64,000 nucleotides of DNA, taken from the NCBI GenBank assembly GCA_043228905.1, contig JBHGNT010000001.1, forward strand, positions 28,458,001 to 28,522,000, read 5' to 3'. Shown here piece by piece: positions 25,798-40,000 of the stretch. The position numbers were made by a program, and so were the translations under genes. Each line of letters starts with the position of its first letter. Positions within the stretch are counted from its first letter, which is position 1. The notes below the pieces were generated by a model that worked only from the letters and a program-made list of their open reading frames with translations, did no database searches and had not been told where the DNA came from. Source of the DNA: Azolla caroliniana. Its lineage: Eukaryota; Plantae; Polypodiophyta.

Positions 25798-27022
25798 TCT
25801 TTAATTTACTTCTCACTCTCTCCGCTTGGATGCAACATGTAATACCATTATCTGCACCAAAGATAACTGTTATAAAAAACAACATTTCTGTCCCCTGTAA
25901 GTCCCATCCGATAAATTTGACCCCCAAAGAACATTCCGAAAGTCTACCTCTCTCTCTCTCTCTAGCTTTAGCATGTACAAAAATAATTTGCACCTACGCA
26001 AAAACACTATATATAGCACTCTGAAAACCTAAAGCTTTTACCATGTGGAAAAAACCACTATGCTCCTGTAATATCATCCAGAAAATCCTATATATCAGCT
26101 GTGACGGCATTAAAATAGACGCAAACAGCTTTACCGTATAGGTAAACACTCTAAACTTGTTACAACATTCAAATAACCGTAAAAACTTCTCCATGTACAA
26201 AAACAAAATAGCAATCTAGACCTGTGATGCTATCCAAGAAGTTGTAACGAATGAACAAAAGAGAAACTTGCAGATAGATCTAAATGTAAGAGGATACCTG
26301 TTCATTGGGGTGTCGAAATCCATTCTTTCTATCTTCCTCCTTCCTTCTGTCTTTTACAGTCTTACTCCTGGCTGTCTTCGTTCCACGTTCTTACCCAGTC
26401 ATCATTTCCGTCGTCTGTTCTCCTTCTGCTCTTTCTTCGGAGTGGGAGCACATCGATCGAGCGGGAAATCGCAAAAACGAAAACAAGAGAGATCTTCTGA
26501 GGGAGCAGGGGAAGAACAGGGGCAGCGCGGCCAAAAATCAAAAAGTTATAATTCAAAAACCAGAAGAAGAGAGCAGGGGAAGGAAGAACAGGGCCAAGAG
26601 TGGCCAAAAGCAAAAAGCTATAAATCAATAACCCAAAAGAAAGAGATCACATCCATATACATACATAATAACATAAACTTTGTTGTCCGTCCGGATGATG
26701 GCGACAATACGATACGATCTGGACAATGTTTGATCGTGACCCAACTCTCTGAACCCCCCCCCCCCAAAGTGAATGGGCCCAAATGTTTTCTCCCGATTAC
26801 TATATGTATATACAAAACATCCATAACGGCTCTACCATGGTTTGCCCCAAATTCTCCTCGATCATTGTATGTATAGACAAAAAGCATATGCCCCGTCTAA
26901 ATGTGTGTTTGTGTTTTAAAGCCATCGCCAAAAGTTGGCCCGCCCCACCTTTGCTGACCGCAGAAACACTTTCTCATGGAATGGAATATGAGATGGGCAT
27001 CTTGCATGTTTGTTACGTTACC

Positions 27023-27095
27023 TGTCACTTCTCCTGATGACCATGCGACAACAATATGTCACTTCTCCTGATGACCATGCGACAACAATATGTCA
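27023..27095. repeat. Perfect 34-bp tandem duplication
   Basis: TGTCACTTCTCCTGATGACCATGCGACAACAATA twice, plus TGTCA. Confidence 0.9.
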
Positions 27096-28189
27096 TTAGA
27101 CATCGACATGAGTGTAATAATTTGGTAACTGCTAGTGACTAAGAAGGATGTAGTGCGCGCAATTATGCAAGACGAAAACAACATATATGTGATACATATG
27201 CATGACATGAAAACAAATGTGTGTATAATGTCCTTGTATCATCTATTGAAAACCTGTGGCTCATGTATCCTATATTGAAGGACTCCATGAGATAAATTTT
27301 CATACTCATCCTTAACTTAACAGTCGAGTAAATCAAGATTTGAGTCTTCACCTCCAAAACATTATAATCATTCGAAATTCCATACATATGAAACAAATGC
27401 ATGGAGTTTCAAGGAAGGTTGCCACATATAAGTAGTAACATCATGTCTTCACAAAAACTCATTTCCACTTGGGAATACTTGATGTTTGTGAAGGAAGAAG
27501 TTCCACTATGTATACAATCTTCTCCTTCACCATGTTGTCATTTGCATGAGTTCCCGTTTTACCATGTGATAAACCTAAAGAAAATTCCTTTCCTCAAATG
27601 CAACCTCATTCAATTAGCGCATGATATTGCGTCAACATTTTTCATAATCAAAAGTAGGAAATAAATTATAGACGCAACCTGCCCATCAACGGGATTCTTC
27701 CATGGCCTTGGATTTCTAACAAAATGAAGCCAAAAGAAGTGTATTGCCATGTTTACTAACATGTGAAAGAATACAAAGGTCCTTCAGGATGCCAATAAGA
27801 AATAACACACACTTCATTGCCTTCTCAATTGTCTTTGGATATTGGGCACGTGCTTTCATTTAATGTTAATAATCAAACAAAACGATAAACTCGCACAAAA
27901 GTTTTAAAACCATCACTACCAAGAAACAATCATTCAATGAGTGAGTAGAACAACGATCCTTCTTCTTCTTTTTCCAAAAAACCACTACTTTGCATTAGTT
28001 AGCAAATAGAATACAACAAAGTTTATCCAAATCCACAATGGGATCAACATATACAACTTGGAGAAACAACTCCAAAACTATCAACCAAAAATAGCAAAAA
28101 AACTCAACCGATCCTTACCTCAAGCAAAATTGAATTAAACCCTATTTTACCACGACTCTACAACTCACTGACGCACATTTGTGTCAGTT

Positions 28190-31100
28190 ATACATACATA
28201 ATTACAACCCATGTACAATATTGGGAGCCATCAGTGGAAACAACCACCTAGGTGCTTGGTAATTCCACTTAGGCCTCGATGAAGATTTGGCTAGCATGGG
28301 AGAGCTACTCCATTTCAGCAAGAACTTTGACCTTGCCCTTTCTGCTTATTCTGAATCCCCTTGAATCGAATCATACTGACCACGCAACCAAGCCACAAGA
28401 TAACCAGATATTTAACATCATCTCCCCGCATGAGATCTTTTGCTGCTGAAAAACAACCTTACAACGCCTAATCTAGATGTGTCAGTCCGTCAAATAGGCC
28501 ACCATAAGCCAAATCTCCTCAAAAATTTCAGAATTTGTGCATGGTCTCACCCCATCACATTGGAACACGCTACCGCCCTGCACTATAAATTCATGTCCTT
28601 GTGGGTTTAACCGTTCACCCCAACTTTCCCCTTTTAAGGACAACCCTTGTATTGAGCCCCACACAACGTTCCCTTTCACACCACAGGTTGCCATGATTCG
28701 AAGGCTTCTACTCCAAATGCTAATCGCCTCTGTACAATTCCAAGAACAATGAGAGATTGATTCCAAAGCTTGTCCACATAACTTCAGCTAGCCTCGCCAC
28801 CACGAGAGCTCAACCACTCGCCTACAGGTACCGCCTTGTGGCTAAGAAGCCACCACCAAGCCTTAATTTTTTATGGCATATCCAATGCCCATAGTCTCCT
28901 CCAAAACGACTTCAAATCGTCGTCTGAAATGCCTTTATCCTTCCAACTGTTGCGAATCATTCCAGCATCCACGGTTTTGGAGCCAACGATTCGTCTTCCT
29001 AGCTTGGTATTGTATTCAAAAAACTTTTTCAAGTTTTTTGTTCCTGGTGTCTGCCACCAAACCTCCAATGGGTCCCACTCCAAATCATATAAGGGCTTGT
29101 TATCATAAAGCCATATTTTACAATCATGATCCAGTGTCTTAGGGACTGGGTTCAATTGCCACCACTTACCCTCCAACACTGTCACTCGCACTGCCATCCA
29201 CCAACAATCATCTGTCAAAGAACTTCGGTTACCCCACAAACAATCCTCGCTAGTTGAGCACCTACCACGGATAAGTTGTGCGTCACCCTCACCTACAAAC
29301 CAGCCCGACCAAATTGTCTCTTCCGTAGTCAACTTATCCAATCCATCAACAACCCCATCTATCAGTTGGGTTACCTTCGCTAGTCTTCCAGTAATCCTAC
29401 AATTAACAGTCTAACCCATCCGTCTCTTCATGTTGAAAACCTCCCAATCGTGTACCGACCGAATCTTGTACCCTAGCATCTTCCCCCAAGGCAAGTACTT
29501 TTGTTGTCCAAGCATCTTACCATCTTCACGTCTAATCCTAGGGTTCCAAAACAACGGTTGTCTTAGTTGTTCATCCAGTGTTTTCGGTTGCATTAAGACT
29601 AACCCTTCTCTTAAACTTGACCATGCCTTCATTATGGCGTGAACCACACTATCCTCCATGCTAGCCGATTCTTTCAACTTTAGAGCTGGGTTGAACAACC
29701 ACCATGTATTTGCCTACCAAAGACCACCATTCTTGGGACACCAAAGGTCAACTATATTCCTAAGGAGCACATTCCACAATTCTGGTCCAGGTTGCAAACT
29801 TCGCACTAAAAGCTTACCAAGTAGAGCCTTACTTTGGTGAACCGGATCCACCAGTCCAAGTCCTCCCTCATTCTTTGTCTTAACTAAACAACCCCACGCC
29901 ACTTTAGCTGATGCCATTTCATTGTCTCTACCCGACCACAAGAAGCCTCTCACCATGGCCTTAATATTTTTTATGCAGGTTTTGTCTAACATCCAACATG
30001 CCACTGAATGCCACATGGTGGCCATCAAAATATGGTTCACCACCACAACCCTACTAGCAAGGGAGAGCTTTACTAATGCCCACAACCGAAGCTTTTTTCT
30101 AATTTTGTCTTTGACCTGCTCAAGCTGTTGATTTTTAGGTGTCTCAACTCCCACCAAAAAGCCCAAATACTTACAGCCATGCCATTGGGAACCCATTGAA
30201 AATCAACGTTGGGACACCATAACGGTCGTGGGTTTGAACTTACCCAGAATCCTCTACTTTTGTTCCAGTTAATTTTCCCCCGTGATACATTGCAAAACCA
30301 CTCAATCCGTCCTTCCGCCTTCTATAAATTAGCATCATTCCCTTGCAAGTAAAACATAGTGTCGTCTGCATAATCAAAGTCCAGCAACTCCTTACTCGCA
30401 TGTGGGATAACTAAACCTCTTATTCCTGCATCCGATCTGTTCAAAAAGAAAGAGAATGCCTCTGTAATAAATAAAAAAAGATAGGGGGCCAGCGGGCACC
30501 CCTGTCTAACAAACCTACATAATGGAATCGATGGGCCACGATGCCCTGTCATTAACACCCTACTCGAACTTCCTTTGTAAAGGGCTAGCGAAATTGATCG
30601 CCATTTTAAAGGTAAACCCAACCTTTCCATGACTTTATCTAAAAAAGGCCAATGAACGCTGTCATATGCCTTCTCAAAGTCAAGCATGAGACAGGCAATG
30701 TGTTGATTGGTTTTCTTTGCCAAAGCAATCGCCTCCCAAAATGTTAGCACATTATCAATTATGTATCTGTTTTCCATGAACCTTGTTTGTCCAACATGGA
30801 TTAGTTCCTGCAAGTAGGGTTTTACCCTCTTGGCTAGTATATTAGCAAATATCTTATATATTGTGTTTAGCAACGTGATTGGTCTCCATTGCCTTGCATC
30901 AGTTGTTACACCTTGTACCTTAGGAATTAGAAATATCATCCCCTCTTGAAATTGCTCAGGTAAGTACCCAACATCCCATGCCTCCTTTAGCCCATCAACC
31001 AAATCTGCCTTGATTACGTCCTAAAAAATTTCGAAAAAAACCCCTTCATAACCCATCGGAGCCTGGGCAAGACATTCTACAAATACTTGCCAAAGCACCA

Positions 31101-31450
31101 GCCATCTCCTCCTCCAAGAGAGGCCTCACCAAATTAGCTTGTGCCGCATTTGAAATTTTATGTTGCATTCCCTCAAGTACATATTCTATCATAGCAGGTT
31201 GTTCGGGGCTATTGTAACTATCCGAAAGCAACTCATGATAGTGTGAGGTGACCGCCTCCAAGATCTCTGAAATATCCTCCGACATAGAGCCATCCTCCTT
31301 AACCAACTTCAGATTGTAGCTATAGTTTGTTCTAGGTTATTTATGCATGAAAAATTGTTTATTCACCTTATCCCCATTTTTGCTCCACCATGCAGCCGAA
31401 CTCCTAAATAACATCATATTTCTAGATGCAATCAAGCATTGTAACGTTTC
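28190..31450 (-). mobile_element. 5'-truncated, degenerate L1-clade LINE (ORF2 RT to zf-RVT)
   Basis: Collinear broken ORFs: SCPGSDGL (31046-31306); WRPITLLNTIYKI, LDFEKAYDSV, RQGCPLAPYLF, DYADDT (30322-31002); KYLGF...KVAWGCLVKTKNEGGLG (29714-30196); QPLFWNPRI; FWRRLWALDMP; ESISHCSWNC. Stops and frameshifts lie between them; ends are approximate. Confidence 0.9.
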
Positions 31451-34400
31451 TCTACGATCCTAAGCTATCTAGTCATTAACCAATTTTATTTTTGGGCAAA
31501 AACTACTTTCTAAACAATAATTCAAAAGCTTTGCCATATTTTTAGGAGTGATTGTAGTAGTGCAACTCATCCACCACTTGTAAGATTCACCACTAAAATG
31601 TATCATTATAGGTTTGTATTTGCTTATTGCATTGGTAATGGAAACTATGGTGTAGTTTATGTTAAATAAATAATAATAATAAAGATTTGCCTTACAAAGT
31701 GATATTGGCTTCAATAGTTGTGAAATGTTTGGGGTGTACAGTGAAAAATATGCAAGACTCACCACTTTCAAAGAAATACATGAACCACAATGGAAGGCAT
31801 TGGTATTTGTAATGAAATGTATCCATGAAGGTATTGGCATTTGCCATGAAATATAGGATGCGTCTTTATATTCTCAAATCTTCATAATAACCACCACAAC
31901 CACACCTTCCTAGGATTGATTACCATGTACCTCGGTGTTTAGAAATTAGAATCTAACAAACAGATATAATTTCTTTTTTGGCTATTATTTATATCCTTTA
32001 GACTAGGCTCAAATATATACTATGTACATTTGAAACCACTATCATGACTTTGAAACTAAAGCTGGCTACAACATGACACAAAACTCTCATCCTCACTATC
32101 CAACACATAGTCAACCCCTTGATGTCCCAACTTTTTTTCTATGTTTCACATACATTATTGCACTTTTGGGGTTGGCATACTCCTCTTAATTTTATTGTTA
32201 TTGTTGAGAGTCCTAGTAAGGACTTAGGAGGTTTCATTGTATTTTGTCAAAGGGAGTAGTCTTCTTCAAAGTCATCCAATGTTTCAATGTAATACTTTTG
32301 TGAGCATATTTTTATTTCCTTTTACACAAGGTTCTCTAATCATGTTGATATCATACTATGAGTTATATGTAATTTTTATGTAGTATGTATGTACATATAT
32401 TTAATATTTAGATTCAAATTCATAAACATGCACATTGCATGAAAGTGCATGGCTAATGCCACAAGGTTGTAAGACAATTGTGATTCATATACATAACCTT
32501 GGGTGGGGACAATTTATTATTTTGTGAAAAAGGTTTCTATACACCATGGGAAAACAAAAATAGTAGCTTCATGGTGGCGTGTTGTTAATAGGATTGATAG
32601 GTTAAATGTTCATCGCCTATTACGTGTCAACAATTAGTTCACTCTAGGCAAACACGTTTAGAATTGCTAAAGTGGCAAACACCCGAGAGTAGAAAAGATA
32701 TTGACGATTGATTAACATATGTTCTTGCATCTTCAAGACTATTGCATTGGGGTGGAAAGGAGAATCTCATGTTTGAGTTCAATTGTATGCAAGGCTTGGC
32801 TTCGCAACTAGATGTTGTTTTAGTGTCATGCCAATAGATTGTGGCATTCAAGATAGTGTAGACTAAGTTCTATATACCTTTTCAATATGATTATATTTGG
32901 TGATTATTAATCCTTGTAATGCCTATTATTGTGCCCTCTCTTTTGGAATTGGTGGTACAAAAACACTAAAAAATGTTTGTTATTTGATGGTAAGAAATCG
33001 ATACTAGCAGTGCAAATCAATTATGTATATCACTAGTTGATTAAAGATAGATGTTGTATTGTCATGATAGTTTCACATACATGGCATATTGCATTTTGTA
33101 TACAACTGGGAGATTAGGTTTTGGTTGTAGGATTGTATTCTTGTTTTCCATTATGTGCAAAAGCTTTTCTTTGGTAGGCAAAGATGGTTGTTTTACCATT
33201 GGCAATGAATTAAAAATATTGATGTATTTCCAATCGAGCATGTTTGTTTGTAAAGTGATCAAGGACGATGCTAAACATAGATTTCATACGTTTCTCGACA
33301 TTGGGCGTCGTTAACTAGGGATATTTTGTCACCCTTTCAATGGGTTTTCATTAGTGTAGCCATAACTTTCTCTCCATCATCATGTAAGATTGTTTTTTAC
33401 TACCTTAGGTATTGGAGTACCTGGTACAATTGGAGTTTGAGAAATGAGTTCTTGTTTAGTGGTCTCTATGGAGTACGATAACAAGTTCGTAGGTTAAAAG
33501 GAAATTTGATTTTTACAATTTCTCACAACAAAGCTTGTAGGAACATTATCCCCCGAGGAGTTGCCTTTATTTTACTCAGGATTACAATACCTTCGAGTGT
33601 TCCCTTGCCATAGCATAATTACTATTGTTGTAAGGATAATAAGGGTTTTTTGTATTGTTATGTTGCTTCATAGTTCAATGTAAACATACATTGTGTAAAA
33701 GATAAGACTCAAGAGGGGGAGGGATCTTTATCAAATCAATAGAGAAATGCAAGTGTGCATGTACCGAAGAGTTTTAATTCATTATATTCTAAAATTTATG
33801 TTACTGCTTATTGATGGAAACATAGGACATTGTTAAGGAACTTAGCCTATGTATTCATACTTCACAATTACTTTTGTGTTGCCACTTTTATATCATATTC
33901 ATTGCTCTATGTAATGCAAATCATCAACTCAATCTCAATGCATTTGATAACCAAAACTATCTTCATTTATCTGAAATCATATTTTCCATTGGTCCTTTAT
34001 GTTGTTGATTGTCCATGTGTTGTCTACTTCAAAAGTTTACAACTTTTGAACACATCACAACATGTGTTAGCACATCTTTAACATCTCAAATGTCAAGGTG
34101 CAAGCAAAGTACCAAGGAGGCCATTTATTACACAACATATTACGATTATCAAATACATATGTTACAACGTGTCTTATCATTCCCTTTTATGCAAAGTTAG
34201 TGGATTTATTATCTATAATTTTATTCCAACATATTAACATTGTGATAAAGCATGAACAATACACATTTCAAATCTTAAATCGGAGGACAAGTACTTTTAG
34301 TTTTAAGCTTTAGCTTCCAACAATATATTTAGCTCATTTGTCATAGATAAACTAAAACATACATCTTATCATTTTGCTATCCAAAATAGGTCCTTGGTTG

Positions 34401-36959
34401 GGACATTTGTTCAGCATTTTGGAGAATTAGCTTGCTACTACACATTTTGTGTGCATGGACATTCGTTGTGGGAATGGATGTAAAATATTAGTGTACAAGC
34501 ATGTGTACGTATACATATGTATGTGTAGGTCTATGGTCATACATATGTGTATGTGCAAATACATTCAAAGTTTTAATAGAACTCTTGGGGTGAGGCTTCA
34601 TTCAAAACATAGTCACTCCATAAAATGAAACAAGTATACAAGTGCAATATATGGAACAAGTGGCAAATCATCTTTTTCGAGCATGGGAAGTTAGTATGGG
34701 CAAAATGGGAATCTTCATATTTCATTTTGAGTTTTAGATGCCAAGATATTCACCTAGGTCTCCTCGTAAAAGTGGACAAAAGATTTGTAACATTTCAAGT
34801 TGTAAGAATATGGGTGCAAATTTGTATGTTGATCTCGGTACATACATTCATGCTCGTATGTGTACATACATGTATACATGCACATATCTATGTTGAGCTA
34901 CATATAGATGCATTTAAATGTATGAATGTTGTCTGTCAATTAGCCTATTGTACTACGCACATGTGTTGGTATGAGCAGAAAAAAGTATTGCATGTAAGTC
35001 ATGAAACTTGGGAGGCTGAAATGATGATGAAATAAATATCTCCAAATTTATGTAGTAAGAGACTGGAACAAAGAAAGTACCTAAAAGTTAGACAAATAAG
35101 GACATTCACATTCAAAGTGGGTTCATTAAAATCATGGAATGATGGAAGTTTACCACTTGAAGAAGGAAAAAATATAAGTTAAAAAAAACGTAGATATGAG
35201 AATAGGGATATCATAATGATAAGGTAATAATTGGTTCATTCATAAAACACGTGGATGGATGATGGGGCCAATTGTAACAACGGAACCTTTGAAGTTTATC
35301 ATTTCGAGAAGGACATAATGGTTAACATTAAATTAACATGGTTCATACCTTAATGGGCGGATAACAATAGTGAAGTCATATGAACTTTAACAAAACTTAG
35401 CGTACAAATTTCTATTTGTAAACAATGAAGGAATTTGTAGAGGGATAACGATTACTTGTGGTAGCCTTTGAATGTTGGCTAGAGCCTACATTGTAATGTA
35501 AAGATCCTCATGACTTTCCAATGTCGTCAACATCCTCCAACCTTATATTTCGCCTTACTAAAGGAGGTGTTGATGTATAGTCTTGCTTGCAAAACCTCAC
35601 AAATTTGTCACACATGACATCAGAGGGTTGGTGAGAACCTCCTACCCTATATTTCACCTTGCCAAGTGTGGGTAATATATGTAGGGAATTTCAACGTTGA
35701 ACACCCTCACAACTACTCCTATTCGTACGTTTAATCAACATAAAAAAATAAATCATTATTCGATGTAATTCTAAATCTACAAACATATGTTGTGCAAGGG
35801 TTTATAGCAACAAAGCACTTTTTGTAAGATTCCTTACATATGAAAGTTTTTCTATGGTTTTGCATCAATTTCTCGCTGGTTTGGCACATTGAATCCTTTG
35901 TTCCTACCTTACACACGTGGTCATTTTTCTAGGCAAAATTATCATGCAACTTTGACCATTAGGAAAGCTTCATAATTATATTGTTTTTCTTTAAGCAACT
36001 TACATGGTCACGAGATTAATAGGAGGAGGATCTTTAGAGGGACAATAGTATGGGTTTTGCGAGCACCCATGGATGCACGATGGGGCATTGTGGATACTAC
36101 CTCGTTAAATTACATAAAAACAAAACTAGATGCCATTTTTATGTATCATAATATCATATAATAGAAGTGATGAGACATGAGAGGAAGATTCTTATTTAAA
36201 ATAATGTAAGGGGAGGAGTGGGAGTGTAGGACATAAGAGTTTGAGACAAGGACGGACACATGGTAACACCAAATTCAAAGATATTTGAAGGGATGGAAGG
36301 GGGTCACTGAAAGCTATGAAAACCACATTGATGTAATTTTAAATGCTTTTACTACAAAAATAGAATTGTATCATCATCGTCTCTCTATCTTTCTCTCTTC
36401 CCTTTTTTGGTTTTCCGAAACATGCCCTTATATTAATTGTACAAAAGATCTTTCAAATTTGTATGTGTGCCCAAATTCCAAGGAGAGTACAAAGACAAAT
36501 GTAATTACAAATACAAACATTCTATGTCGCAAAGTAGGGATTGGAACGTTCCAAAGAACCATGTATAAGAATGTCGCTAGGAAGGGGGTGAGGATACTAC
36601 CATATCAAGTAATTAGCTAGAAAATTGAAGAAAAAGTTGAGAATGAAACTAGAATGAGGATAAAGGCTAGCCAATGGTCATTTGTCTTCGAGGCTCTAAG
36701 AATCCATGGGAGGGAATCCCAAATCGGAAGTGTAAGTGGGTGAGCATGAACTCAATCATACAACGTTGAAGTTCTATTTTATGCAAACAAATAGGAGTCA
36801 CACTTGACGCATAGTTGCCCATCAATGCTACCAAATATATTTCATAATGCAACACTTGGAGTTTGTACAAAAAAGGCTTCATCTCTCTAGGAACACACTT
36901 ACATCCACTCTCTCTACAATCTATTTGTTGGTATGTGTTAGTATGGAGGAGATCTACTT

Positions 36960-37011
36960 GTAACTTGTGGATGGTAATAAATAAATAAATATGTTACCAT
37001 CCACAAGTTAC
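36960..37011. repeat. Perfect 18-bp inverted repeat (hairpin) with an AT-rich loop
   Basis: GTAACTTGTGGATGGTAA ... TTACCATCCACAAGTTAC. Confidence 0.85.
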
Positions 37012-40000
37012 CCTTTATTTTCAACTACTACTCTTCAATTTACACAAATTCATTATATTCTCCCATTATATATACATGTATATGTCTATATCACTCACAC
37101 TAGTCCTCCTCCTTCCTCTTCTTGGTAGTCTTTGTGAACATGATAATGCATTCTATGTATGGATAATCTATAGAAGTTTAAGAATGGAGTCTTGTTATAA
37201 GCAATCCTGATTCACTTGCTAACTTATAGAATAGAAAGACTTCCAATTATTAAGATTAGATGGATCATTTTTTCAAAGACATTTGCAAGGATTCCATATA
37301 GGAGGTCGACAATTATAGATATAACTTATATTTCATCATCATCAAAGTATCTTTACCGGTCATTCCTATGGTCCATGTAGTTTGCCATCATATAATTAGA
37401 TTGTCCAATTAGAGTATGATTAATTATATCCTCGCATCATTTGAAACAAATATGACTTTACCAAATTATTATTGTGGTAATGGAGTAATTACTCTCGACA
37501 TTTTCGAAATTGCTTGTACATCCACTAATATTAGCCGACTACTTATATTGAGTTAATTAGTCAAATGGTGCTATCTCTTCTGAGCTTTTGAAGCTACTTG
37601 ATTCTTCCGTGCTTCGACAGTGGCTCGTCAAGGCATCCCCTACCAATGATGTGCCAACTCCTCTTGACCTTGCAAGACCTGGTGCAACCCAGGTCCTTCG
37701 AAGGTTGGAAGACCTTCGTCCTCAAGTTCATTGCTCTAGCCTATCCCCCCTGAGCTTTGTTACTTGAACATCATGCATTCCACAACCATTTAACAAAAGC
37801 GGGTCTCTAATTTTTAGATATTTAGCATACCGATTCCAACACCACTTCTTATGTAAACACTTATAATCAAAATTTGTCTCTTTTGTTCCTTTTAATTATT
37901 GAAAAAATCATAATACATTTTTGTTCATGATTTGTGTTGTTGCAAGTATCATGTGAGTATTTCTCGATCTAATTGTAATGAATTATGAAGTCACATAATA
38001 CATTTTTGCCCCATTTTACTTTCGTGGGCCTTGATCAAGTTCTCCACCAAGTGTACATTACATAATTATATTGGGTTATAAGTTACCATAATAAAACAAA
38101 GCTCTCAAGATGCATTTGAATGCCGTGTTTTTTAATGGTAACATGATCTTTTATATTCTTGTCACAAGATGATGTTTTACATATACTAGGTGATCTAGAT
38201 TTTGAGCATATAAGTGCTTTGATGTTGGACAAGCTATAGTTGGAATGGAGATTATTGATTCACATATTGTGCATCAACTTTCACGTGTAAACCAAAATAC
38301 ATTATCATTAGGCAAAACCATATTTATCACACATGTAATTTACATGATTATGAGTAATCCACAAAATGCAAAGCTACCAAATAAAAGTGTTTGTGAATCT
38401 AAAGTTCAAAAATTGGAGAGAAAACATGATTTATTCATGTGGTTGGCAATGGGCATACAATAGAAACACATTAACAAAATATAATAAGATGCAATGTCGA
38501 TTTACAGCCAATTCAAAACTATTAACACTGCTTTTACATATAACCATTATGAGATCATGGAAAACAAAAATGGGGGATTAGATAACATTGATACTTTGAA
38601 TTTGTAGATGTAAAATATGTACGAGCAAGATATATAGTGGAGAAAAAGAGGCATCCGACATGAGCATGAGATTTTGAAATCATTACAAGATTCTCGCCCG
38701 TATAGGTACATTTTACAAGAAAAACTTGTTTATACATTAGGAATAAGATAATATTTGTAGTTTTAGATCTATTCTCACATCTAAGTACTTGAAGAAAGTT
38801 TTGGGTGTACATATATGATTAGAAAATGTTCAAATATGCGTAACCTCGTTTATGGTAATATTGATGTCCAAAAATCTAAGCTGAATTGCATAATCGAATC
38901 AAATATTGCACCCCACATACACGTACATTAAGAATTAAACTATTCGTTAGCATGCAAGTAATTATGCATATTTATTTTTCGACGATTCTTGGAACTCAAT
39001 TTAGGTGATGATTCACCATGGATCATTGTCACAAAGTATTGACACCAATGGACTTTCTATACTCTTTTTTTGTGATATAATAAGATTTTTGCACTCTATA
39101 CTTTTCATCATGGCAAGCCAAACTATATTCTCAACAATGTGATGTATATAATCATTTCATCGCTCAAATGTAGAGATTTTGAGAGGAGGTGAATATACAC
39201 TTTTGCAATTGCATAATGACTCTTACAACCGGAGTAAGGAAGTAACCTAGTGGAACACGGAATTAACAGAGATAATACGAAAATCATCGTGAGATAATTA
39301 TAAGTTATAACATAGAAAAGATTAATTTTGGAATGTAAATCATGTTAATTCTATGATTTTGAGAATTTGAAATTGTTGTACATGTTTTGAATCTCTTTCT
39401 ATTGCTCATGTTTTATCTAATTGTCAATGTATTATCAACATTGGCTTTAAATGTGTGTTGTGGAAAAAACAATAAAAGTTGAAAAGCCATGTTTTAGGAG
39501 TAAATTTCTATGCACTCAAACATGGCATGTGAGATCTCAAACTAGGATAAGCTAGAAGATGTTTTTTATAATTTTATAACAAGAAGCTCTAAGTGTACAC
39601 CATTGTTTATTTTTGTGAAAATATATCCTCCATTGGTATTAGAATTACAGTGGTCGAAGGCCTTACTACAAAATAGCCCAATATTACATATGACCGTAGT
39701 CAATCTTTGTAGGTAAAGATAAGTGAGAAAGACACGTAGCCAATTTTTAGAGACCAAGACAATACAATGAAGCCATATCCTTCTCCAAATAAACATGATG
39801 AATAGTCCAAATTCTAGAAAAAACAAACCAACAAAATAGCCAACTTCTCAAAAACATGCCTCACAAACATGCCTACAAAATCAACCAACTTTAGAAATCC
39901 TGGAATGTGATCTTCAAAGCATGTAGTTTCGCCGACCGTCAGAGTATGCTTCCAACTCCACATCAACACTCATAAACTAGAAAAAAAAATGATTCTAATG

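Noticed and set aside
26268-26887. 202-aa ORF and overlapping ORFs upstream of NDC80
   Set aside because: No recognisable domain; the region looks like the NDC80 5'UTR exon and promoter, with a plausible minus-strand donor near 26296.
39166-39250. TGTAGAG...GAGAGGAGGTGAATA resembling a copia LTR end
   Set aside because: No matching partner end, second LTR, PBS or TSD could be located.
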